From positions 1 to 62,423 of the forward strand of contig CAZRNY010000001.1 in NCBI GenBank assembly GCA_964601595.1: a stretch of 62,423 bases of DNA, in the 5' to 3' direction. Both the position numbers and the translations under genes were made by a program. Position 1 is the stretch's first letter; each line of letters opens with the position of its first letter. The notes below the pieces were generated by a model. It made no database searches. It saw nothing but the letters and a program-made list of their open reading frames with translations, and was not told where the DNA came from. Of the stretch, positions 55,181 to 62,423 are shown in pieces. Origin of the DNA: an uncultured Candidatus Saccharibacteria bacterium. GTDB lineage: Bacteria > Patescibacteriota > Minisyncoccia > UBA6257 > Colwellbacteraceae.

Positions 55181-56950
55181 ATGGCCTCCGATAACGCAGT
55201 AGAAGAGATCAAAGCGAAGCTCGATATAGTCGAGTTTCTTCGCGGTTATCTGGACCTCAAACCGGCCGGACGAAATTTTAAGGCTTGCTGTCCTTTTCAT
55301 AAAGAGAAATCTGCTTCTCTTATGATTTCTCCGGAGCGCCAGATGTGGCATTGCTTCGGTTGTAATGAAGGAGGAGACATTTTTAAGTTCGTCATGCAGT
55401 ACGAGAACCTAGAGTTCTACGAAGCGTTGAAACTGCTTGCGGAGAAAGCGAATGTGGAATTGAAGAGATCAAGTCCTGCCGAGCAGAGAGAATTTGGCGT
55501 CCTCTATGATATCAACCGTTCGGCGGCAGATTTCTTTTCTTTGGTATTGCCTCAAGTCGAGAATGCGAAGAATTATCTTTTAGGAAGAGAAATAAAACCG
55601 GAATCGATCGAGAAGTTCGAGATCGGCTTTGCGCCGATGTCTGCGGATGATCTCGTTCTATATCTCGTAGATCATGGTTTCGAGATGTCTGATATCGTAC
55701 GCGCCGGTCTCGCTGCACGCAGCGAGCGGGGAAGATATTATGATCGCTTCAAAGGAAGGATCATGTTCCCGTTATTTAACTCTTTCGGTAAGGTCATCGG
55801 CTTTTCCGGAAGGATATTGCCGGAACTCGATACGGGAGAGATAGCTAAATATATCAATTCTCCAGAGACTCCGATCTTCCAGAAATCCCGATTACTCTAC
55901 GGACTTAATTTTGCAAAAGAAGGAATAAGAGAGAAAGGGTTCGTCCTTCTTGTCGAAGGACAGATGGATGTCGTTATGAGCCATCAGGATGGGATGACAA
56001 ATACCGTCGGCTCTTCGGGTACGGCTTTGACTGAAGACCAGTTGTCCGTTCTTCGTCGTCATGCGAGCCGCCTGGTTCTTAATTTCGATAACGATGAAGC
56101 CGGTAAGCAGGCGATGGAACGCAGCATCGATCTTGCGGCGGCAAAGGATCTGGAAGTTATGGTACTCGACTTATCGAAGGCGACTGAAGGAGAAGCGGCC
56201 GGTCTTAAGGACCCGGCTGATCTTGTACGCTATTTCCCGGGAGAACTTGAGAAAGCCGTCGAAAAAGCGGTGCCCGCGATGGAATATTATTTTGATAGAC
56301 ATCCTGTAAATGGAGTCGAGTTAAGCGTAAAAAATACCAATATGAGGGCACTAATGAATAAAATATCATTTCTCTCCTCGTCAGTGCTGATAAATGAATG
56401 GCTCGAGGTGCTAGCCAAAAGATCTCTTATTGGAGTAAATAGGATAATCGACGAATTTAACTCCTTACGTAAAGCTAATCTGGAAAAGGGTGGAAAAGCG
56501 GGGGTGAATCGAAATACTTCAGTAAACAAAGAAGTAACGGTTGTGAAAAAGACGAGGAAGGAAAATATATCTGATAGATTACTTCTTCTCGCCTTTGTTT
56601 CCGATGAAGCGAAAAATATTTTAGGAACGATCGTCGATTATTTGCCTTCTGAGGATAAAGATATATATAATGCGCTTGTTTCTGGAAGTCAGCCTGAAAA
56701 CAACGGGATTTCGGCGAGATACGCCGACCTTAGCCTTAGATCTGGCAATGCGGCTGATGTTTCAGATGAAGATCTTCTGAGGGAGGCTATTGGCCTCGCA
56801 TTAAACCTCGAAATAGAATCTCTTTCGGAGCGTATAAACGCGCTTGGGTTCCTTATAAAAAATAGCCGATCGCCTGAAGACATCGAGCGCATAGCTCAAG
56901 AATTAAATGAGGCGGTCAGTAAGAGAAACGAACTCGAAAAGAAAAAATGA
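55181..56950 (+). CDS. dnaG: DNA primase DnaG
   Basis: Zinc finger [11 protein letters not shown]...[10 protein letters not shown] and the TOPRIM region ([16 protein letters not shown]). Confidence 0.95.
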   Translation: MASDNAVEEIKAKLDIVEFLRGYLDLKPAGRNFKACCPFHKEKSASLMISPERQMWHCFGCNEGGDIFKFVMQYENLEFYEALKLLAEKANVELKRSSPAEQREFGVLYDINRSAADFFSLVLPQVENAKNYLLGREIKPESIEKFEIGFAPMSADDLVLYLVDHGFEMSDIVRAGLAARSERGRYYDRFKGRIMFPLFNSFGKVIGFSGRILPELDTGEIAKYINSPETPIFQKSRLLYGLNFAKEGIREKGFVLLVEGQMDVVMSHQDGMTNTVGSSGTALTEDQLSVLRRHASRLVLNFDNDEAGKQAMERSIDLAAAKDLEVMVLDLSKATEGEAAGLKDPADLVRYFPGELEKAVEKAVPAMEYYFDRHPVNGVELSVKNTNMRALMNKISFLSSSVLINEWLEVLAKRSLIGVNRIIDEFNSLRKANLEKGGKAGVNRNTSVNKEVTVVKKTRKENISDRLLLLAFVSDEAKNILGTIVDYLPSEDKDIYNALVSGSQPENNGISARYADLSLRSGNAADVSDEDLLREAIGLALNLEIESLSERINALGFLIKNSRSPEDIERIAQELNEAVSKRNELEKKK

Positions 56951-58386
56951 AGGCTAAAAAACCAGTTAAAAAACCGGTAAAGCCGGTTGTGAAGAAAGCT
57001 GTTAAGGCCGCTCCGAAAGGAAAGCAGCCGGTAAAGTCGTCTCCAAAGAAGGCCGTTCCGAAAAAGAGTGCGCCGAAAAAGACGGCTAAGCCCGTAAAGA
57101 TAGCAAAGAAGATCGTAAAGCCCGTAAAGAAGGCTGTTGTGAAGTCTGTTGTCCGCAAAGCCGCAAAGCCCGCGAAGATTGTTGCTGAAGCAAAACCGAA
57201 GAAACAAGTAACTGCCGTAAAGACTGTGAAGACCGCAAAGCCCGTAAAAATTGCCCCGAAAGCAAGGAAAAGATCTGTCGAAGCTCCGGTTAGACCGAGA
57301 TACGACGAATCCAAATTCAAGTTCGACAAGGACCTCTTGAACGAGATTCTTGAAACGAGCCGCTCCAAGGGATTCGTTACTGATGTTGAGATCCTTAAGG
57401 CCTTTCCGAGAATAGAAGGAGACCTCTCTTTCCTCGAATATCTCTATGACAAGGCTGAAGAAGCCGGTTTGAAAGTCATCGAAGTCGGCAACCTGATCGA
57501 GCTCCCTGGGGATGAGATAACTCAGAAGGAACTTCAGGATGCGACACTTGTTTCTTCTGAGCTTCCTGATAACGTTCAGATATATCTCAAAGAGATCGGT
57601 AAGACGCCGCTCTTGAACTCTGCTGATGAGCGCGAGATAGCAAAGAGAGTCAGTCAGGGTGATGAAGAAGCGAGGCAGCGCCTTATCAAGGCGAACCTCC
57701 GTCTCGTCGTTTCGATCGCAAAGAGATATGTGAACCGTTCTCCTCAGCTTTCGATTCTTGACTTGATCCAAGAAGGAAACCTCGGACTCTTCCGCGCCGT
57801 CCAGAAGTTCGATTATCGCAAAGGATTCAAGTTCTCGACCTACGCCACCTGGTGGATTCGTCAGGCGATTACGAGAGCTCTCGCTGACTACTCCCGCACT
57901 ATCCGTATTCCTGTCCATATGGTTGAGACGATCTCCAAATACACTCAGGCAAAGCGCAAGCTTATGCAGGAGCTCGGCAGAGAACCTCTAGCCGAAGAGA
58001 TCGCAACCGAGATGGGTATTGATGTGGATAAGATTCATCACATTCAGAAAATCTCCCAAGAAGTCGTTTCGCTCGAATCTCCCGTCGGAGAAGAAGAAGA
58101 TTCCGTCCTTTCGGAATTCATCGAAGATGAAAAGACGCTTTCTCCTGATCAGTCCGTTTCTCGCGAGCTCCTTAAGGATCAGATCCGCGCGGTTCTCAGC
58201 GAGCTTACTGAAAGAGAGAGAAAGATCCTCGAACTCCGTTTCGGATTGGCTGACGATGTTACTCATACTCTCGAAGAAGTCGGAAAGGTTTTTGGCGTTA
58301 CGAGAGAGCGTATCAGGCAGATCGAAGCGAAAGCTTTGGAAAAGATCAGAAATCATACCGGCGCTGAAAAATTGCGAGAATACTAA
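56947..58386 (+). CDS. rpoD: Primary sigma factor RpoD with a Lys/Ala/Pro-rich N-terminal extension
   Basis: ATGA overlap with dnaG. Regions 2-4 are present ([52 protein letters not shown]). The first 110 aa or so are KPVKK-type repeats. Confidence 0.95.
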   Translation: MKAKKPVKKPVKPVVKKAVKAAPKGKQPVKSSPKKAVPKKSAPKKTAKPVKIAKKIVKPVKKAVVKSVVRKAAKPAKIVAEAKPKKQVTAVKTVKTAKPVKIAPKARKRSVEAPVRPRYDESKFKFDKDLLNEILETSRSKGFVTDVEILKAFPRIEGDLSFLEYLYDKAEEAGLKVIEVGNLIELPGDEITQKELQDATLVSSELPDNVQIYLKEIGKTPLLNSADEREIAKRVSQGDEEARQRLIKANLRLVVSIAKRYVNRSPQLSILDLIQEGNLGLFRAVQKFDYRKGFKFSTYATWWIRQAITRALADYSRTIRIPVHMVETISKYTQAKRKLMQELGREPLAEEIATEMGIDVDKIHHIQKISQEVVSLESPVGEEEDSVLSEFIEDEKTLSPDQSVSRELLKDQIRAVLSELTERERKILELRFGLADDVTHTLEEVGKVFGVTRERIRQIEAKALEKIRNHTGAEKLREY

Positions 58387-58394
58387 TCTGTTTA

Positions 58395-58424
58395 AAAACC
58401 CATACCGTCTGGTATGGGTTTTTT
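58395..58424 (+). terminator. Intrinsic terminator
   Basis: AAAACCCATACC-GTCT-GGTATGGGTTTTTT. Confidence 0.9.
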
Positions 58425-58508
58425 GTTGCTTATGGCTTTTTTCGTCCACTTGTAATATCCTCTCGGTTACAAGCACTTTCATATATCAATAAGGAAGGAG
58501 AGATCTTT

Positions 58509-59090
58509 ATGGAAAGGAATCTTATCGTCCGCGAGGTTGTCGACGGGGTGATATCGTGTCTCAAGGAGAAAGGGTGCATTAAGGAAGAGACGAATATAGA
58601 TATCTATCGGTGTACGGAATCGTATAACGACGGTCTCGAATCAGGCACGGCCGGAATCGATTTCAATCGGCTTCTCGTCATGCAGGTTCCGGGATCGAAG
58701 AGGGTTTTCGTCATCCTCCTCGGTAAGGGAACGACAAGGAGTAGGGGAGAGACGGATATCATGTTTGAACTCCGGAAGTTCGATGTGACCGACATCTTTT
58801 CCGTCTGCGAGGAATGGGAACTCGGACGGGAAGGATTCGTGAATATCGTGACGGAAGTCATGAAACGCAAACTCTCGGTCGGCGCCGCGTTCTTCGTGGT
58901 CATGGATTGGCATTTCCCGATCGATGCTGGCGTCATGATGCGGGTCGACATGAAGGGGAATATCTTTCTCGGCAATCGCAACCTCGAAAGGTTCAGGGAC
59001 AAGGGATCCAAGACGAATTGGCTTCCGGAGCTTCCTGGATACATCGCGGAAAGTATCGTAAACGGTATCTTAGACAGCGAAAGCAGATAG
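58509..59090 (+). CDS. Hypothetical cytoplasmic protein
   Basis: 193-aa ORF. SD AAGGAAGGAG lies upstream and a terminator downstream. Confidence 0.7.
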   Translation: MERNLIVREVVDGVISCLKEKGCIKEETNIDIYRCTESYNDGLESGTAGIDFNRLLVMQVPGSKRVFVILLGKGTTRSRGETDIMFELRKFDVTDIFSVCEEWELGREGFVNIVTEVMKRKLSVGAAFFVVMDWHFPIDAGVMMRVDMKGNIFLGNRNLERFRDKGSKTNWLPELPGYIAESIVNGILDSESR

Positions 59091-59099
59091 GTTTTAGCG

Positions 59100-59127
59100 C
59101 CCCGCATCATATTGGTGCGGGGTTTTT
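59100..59127 (+). terminator. Intrinsic terminator
   Basis: CCCCGCA-N9-TGCGGGG followed by T5. Confidence 0.8.
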
Positions 59128-59179
59128 CGTATCCGGACTGGGGTTTATCTGCGTCTTGAAAACGGCTATAATCGGCTTA

Positions 59180-61051
59180 ATGACCTCCCGAGAAATAAGG
59201 CAAAAATTCCTGGACTTCTACAAGGAGAGGGGGCATGCGGTTATTCCATCTGCTTCTCTCATTCCTGAAAACGACTCTACTCTTTTATTCGTAAACAGCG
59301 GCATGTTCCCGCTTGTCCCGTACCTGCTTGGCGAATCTCATCCTGGAGGAAAGCGGTTAGTCGATTCTCAAAAATCTTTCCGCACCGAAGACATCGAGGA
59401 AGTCGGCGATAATCGCCATAATACTTTCTTCGAGATGCTTGGTAACTGGTCTCTTGGAGACTATTTTAAGAAAGAGCAGCTTAACTTCTGGTACGAATTC
59501 CTTATTGATCACGTCGGTCTTGATCCTAAGAAGCTCTATCAGAGCGTCTATGTTGGTGATGAATCGATCGGCCTCGGCAAGGATGACGAATCGATCGAGG
59601 TTATGAAGGATATCTTCGCTCGCTACGATATAGTCGCGGAAGTCGGTCCTGATACCGTAGGTAAGGGAGACCTTGGCCCCGGCGTGTCTGTCGACTTCTC
59701 GAAGGTCCGCATCATGGCGTACCGCGATAAGAATTGGTGGAAGAGAGGCGATGCAGTCGGCGAGCTCGGCGGTCCCGACTCGGAGACTTTCTACGATACC
59801 GGTAAGCCTCACGACAAGAAATTTGGCGAACACTGCCACTTTAACTGCGACTGCGGCCGCTTCCTTGAGATAGGAAACTCGGTCTTCATGCAGTTCCGTA
59901 AGACCGAAACCGGCTGGGAGGAGCTTGCGAATAAGAACGTCGACTTCGGCGGCGGCTTGGAACGCATCCTCATGGTCTCCAATTCGCTTTCGAATATATT
60001 CGAGTCCGATCTGTTTCTTCCTATCATAAGGAAGATCGAATCCCTTTCCGGAAAGAGATACGCGGATGACACCCGCTCGTTCGAGATCGTCGCCGACCAC
60101 CTGAAGGCGGCTTCGTTCATTGTGGGTGATCCGAAAGGGATCGGCCCGTCGAATGTCGGCCAAGGCTATATCGTTCGCCGTTTGATAAGAAGAGCGGTGC
60201 GTTATGGCCGCGTCTTAGGTATAACCGAATCGGGCTGGACTAAGTCTATCGCCGCCGAGGTGCGCGATATCTATGGCGATGTCTACCCTGAACTGAAAGA
60301 TAATTTCGGCTTTATTTCCGCTGAACTCGATAAGGAAGAAGAGAAATTCGCTAAGTCTCTCGAAAAAGGCACTAAGGAATTTCTGATCATGGCCGAGAAG
60401 GGATCCGTTTCCGGAAAGGAAGCTTTCGATCTCTATCAGTCTTATGGCTTTCCGATCGAGATGACAGAAGAGATGGCCTTGGAAAAGGGCATCTCTCTGG
60501 ATATTCCCGGATTCGATGAGGAATATAAGAAACACCAGGAGCTTTCCCGCACCACTTCCGCCGGCATGTTCAAAGGCGGTCTGGCTGACAGCTCCGAGAA
60601 GACGAAGCTGCTTCATACGGCTGCACATCTTCTTCTTGCCGCTCTGCGCGGTAAGTTCGGCGACACTGTGACTCAGAAGGGCTCGAATATCACTTCCGAA
60701 AGATTGAGGCTTGATTTTGCTCTTCCTGAAAAGGTTTCTCCCGAGGCTCTCGCCGAGATAGAAGAAACCGTCAATCAGTGGATCTCCCTTGATCTTCCTG
60801 TTTCGTTTGAAGAGATGACTCCAGATGAAGCTCATAGAAGCGGCGCGATGGGAGTCTTTGGCGAAAGGTATGGCGACTTAGTTAAGATCTATTCCGTGGG
60901 CGTGGGCGATATTCTCGTATCGAAGGAGATCTGCGGCGGACCGCACGCCTCGCGTACCGGAGAGCTCATAAAGTTCAAGATATTGAAAGAAGAATCCGTT
61001 TCCGCAGGAGTACGCAGAATAAAGGCCGATATAGAGGGAGGGTCGAACTGA
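59180..61051 (+). CDS. alaS: Alanine--tRNA ligase, short form (623 aa; catalytic, tRNA-recognition and editing domains, no C-Ala domain)
   Basis: Start at MTSREIRQKFLDFYKERGH. Motifs FVNSGM, FFEMLGNWSLGDYFK, editing HTAAHLL and CGGPH. The ORF-track extension to 58814 overlaps the upstream gene and its terminator. Confidence 0.93.
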   Translation: MTSREIRQKFLDFYKERGHAVIPSASLIPENDSTLLFVNSGMFPLVPYLLGESHPGGKRLVDSQKSFRTEDIEEVGDNRHNTFFEMLGNWSLGDYFKKEQLNFWYEFLIDHVGLDPKKLYQSVYVGDESIGLGKDDESIEVMKDIFARYDIVAEVGPDTVGKGDLGPGVSVDFSKVRIMAYRDKNWWKRGDAVGELGGPDSETFYDTGKPHDKKFGEHCHFNCDCGRFLEIGNSVFMQFRKTETGWEELANKNVDFGGGLERILMVSNSLSNIFESDLFLPIIRKIESLSGKRYADDTRSFEIVADHLKAASFIVGDPKGIGPSNVGQGYIVRRLIRRAVRYGRVLGITESGWTKSIAAEVRDIYGDVYPELKDNFGFISAELDKEEEKFAKSLEKGTKEFLIMAEKGSVSGKEAFDLYQSYGFPIEMTEEMALEKGISLDIPGFDEEYKKHQELSRTTSAGMFKGGLADSSEKTKLLHTAAHLLLAALRGKFGDTVTQKGSNITSERLRLDFALPEKVSPEALAEIEETVNQWISLDLPVSFEEMTPDEAHRSGAMGVFGERYGDLVKIYSVGVGDILVSKEICGGPHASRTGELIKFKILKEESVSAGVRRIKADIEGGSN

Positions 61052-61995
61052 TGTTCTCTTATTTCCCGGCCGGGGAGAATAGGCATATCCTTTCGGTTCT
61101 TCCGCCGAAGGGTATTTCGGTGTACGGCTCGAAAGTGATCGATCGCGACGGACCTAAGGGCGAGATCACGGATACGGAGATGGAAAACGCGATCGCGCAG
61201 GCGATCTGGAAGATGTTCGATGAGGAGCGCGGCATGTTCGCGTCTCGTTTGGATATCTCTGATATGGATGTTTCTCTTGCTGATGTGAGAGTCCTTAATA
61301 TCCGTCTGGATGGCAACCTTGTCGTGAATCCCGTCGGTTTTACAGCAAAGAAGATTGAGATATCTCTCGTTGAGACTATCGTTTCGCGTGATCTGGCTGA
61401 CGAAGTGAAATTGGCTCATCCGAAGAAGGGAGAGACGATCTTTATTCTCGAACCATCAGCCTCATGTGCTTGGCTTATCCATAAGAGCGTGAAACAGAAG
61501 GACTTCCTCTTCGCTAATGTCGCAAAGGACAAGACCTTCATCTATCGCTCCGAACCAGAAGGGCGCATTTCGTATCTCAGCGATTTTGGCTGGGGAACGG
61601 ATCACGCCGCCTCCGCTTTTTCCGCTAACCTTTCCGTTTCCGATTCTGTCGGGCATGATCTGCTCCGTCGTTTTGCGAGAGGGAATATGTCTCCGGAGAT
61701 GGCGAAATCGATGAGAAGTGCGGCTTCCAAATCGCTCCTCGACCTCGTGAAAGGAGTTTCCTTTGCGACCCGAAATGTTAAAATGAAAAAGCCTCTAGTT
61801 TATGTCTTGAGCGATGATCTCGCCGAGCTTGAACCGAAGAGCATCTCTTGGGGAGAAGGTTCTCCTAAGTTTGATTTCCTTCCTTCTGTAAGCGGGGACG
61901 AGATAGCCCGTAACGAGATGGAAGCGGCTGATATCGATTCCGCCTGGAACAAGATAGCGAGGCGGAGAATGAAGTGGCTCACCTGCGGCAGGTAA
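61051..61995 (+). CDS. Hypothetical protein, translationally coupled to alaS
   Basis: TGATG overlap at 61049-61053; 314 aa; no motif recognised. Confidence 0.65.
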   Translation: MFSYFPAGENRHILSVLPPKGISVYGSKVIDRDGPKGEITDTEMENAIAQAIWKMFDEERGMFASRLDISDMDVSLADVRVLNIRLDGNLVVNPVGFTAKKIEISLVETIVSRDLADEVKLAHPKKGETIFILEPSASCAWLIHKSVKQKDFLFANVAKDKTFIYRSEPEGRISYLSDFGWGTDHAASAFSANLSVSDSVGHDLLRRFARGNMSPEMAKSMRSAASKSLLDLVKGVSFATRNVKMKKPLVYVLSDDLAELEPKSISWGEGSPKFDFLPSVSGDEIARNEMEAADIDSAWNKIARRRMKWLTCGR

Positions 61996-62002
61996 CCCTT
62001 AT

Positions 62003-62423
62003 ATGAAAAAAATATACGTAAATCGGAACGACTCGGCGACAGTCGTCGTTCATAAAATCCTTTCCACTCCCGACAAGGAGATAATTATCTATATTCCGAA
62101 AGGATCGGAATTGGTTTCCGACCCTAAGAGCTTCAAGCTCATAAAGAGAGAGACAGCCGCTGCTGATAAGAAGGTAGCGGTCGAATCCGTCGACGGAGAA
62201 GCCTTGGAACTGGCTTCTGTTTGCGGTTTCGAGGTCTCCGACGCCCTTTTCAAGCGTTCCAAAGTGCCTCTTATGGATATCATGCCGACGAAGTCTAAGA
62301 TCGACCGCATCGATACTAGGGCAAAAGGACCCGTTATCCATAAGCATAGTGAAGACTGTGTCCATGAAGAGGATAGTCAAAGCCATAATGCCGATTTTAT
62401 AAGCGGTGAAGAGAGAGATGAGG
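62003..62423 (+). CDS. Hypothetical protein, N-terminal fragment (continues beyond the window)
   Basis: From ATG 62003 the frame is open to the end of the window (MKKIYVNRNDSATVVVHKILSTPDKEIIIYIPKGSEL...). It is absent from the ORF track because it has no stop. The - strand ORF 61979-62386 is taken as its shadow. Confidence 0.5.
   Translation, partial: MKKIYVNRNDSATVVVHKILSTPDKEIIIYIPKGSELVSDPKSFKLIKRETAAADKKVAVESVDGEALELASVCGFEVSDALFKRSKVPLMDIMPTKSKIDRIDTRAKGPVIHKHSEDCVHEEDSQSHNADFISGEERDE

Noticed and set aside
56896-57918. 340-aa and 150-aa - strand ORFs overlapping the 5' part of rpoD
   Set aside because: They are artefacts of the low-complexity Lys/Ala/Pro repeat coding region (AAG/GCC/CCG-rich), which lacks stop codons on the complement. 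rpoD regions 2-4 fix the real frame.
58814-59179. 122-codon N-terminal extension of the alaS ORF in the ORF track
   Set aside because: It overlaps the upstream 193-aa gene and its terminator. The canonical AlaRS N-terminus (MTSREIRQKFLDFY) begins at 59180.
59357-60835. Antisense ORFs of 268 aa and 206 aa inside alaS
   Set aside because: They are shadow ORFs opposite a well-supported alaS frame.

Overview
The window is a gene-dense (about 90% coding) stretch of chromosome, and nearly every gene is on the + strand. Only three CDS (7306-7896, queH, obg) and one tRNA-Ser are on the - strand. Several things point to a Patescibacteria/CPR-like (Parcubacteria-type) genome, though this placement is an inference: small genes, a truncated AlaRS and TruB, anaerobic RNR, many TM-anchored orphan proteins and a Kazal/cohesin/dockerin repertoire. 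Long ORFs end normally at TGA, so the standard code 11 applies. Recognisable housekeeping genes are obg, nrdDG, rsmE, queA, queH, truB, murA, rmuC, groES-groEL, lemA-htpX, gdh, ddl, dnaG-rpoD and alaS. There is also a MacAB/YknXYZ-like efflux operon and a ZnuABC-like metal importer. I found no CRISPR array, transposase or integrase. The most unusual region is 21.8-31.6 kb. It starts with a 1600-aa secreted repeat protein that ends in a dockerin-like double Ca-loop. A cohesin-like secreted protein follows, and its reading frame is broken exactly at a G7 homopolymer; a -1 shift there would fuse it to a TM-anchored C-terminal part. Next come two stand-alone receivers, a soluble multi-PAS histidine kinase and an amicyanin-like cupredoxin. 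Other items worth a second look: an unannotated 35-aa cysteine-rich (metallothionein-like) ORF ending the nrdDG-znuABC operon; a C-rich structured intergenic element next to tRNA-Ser; a polyprenyl-synthase-like protein coupled to a two-component system; a Com-zinc-ribbon/PAS fusion; a Kazal-domain secreted protein; MurA with Asp at the fosfomycin-target position; and a structured leader upstream of an RRM protein gene. All family assignments come from motif recognition by eye. No database searches were run.
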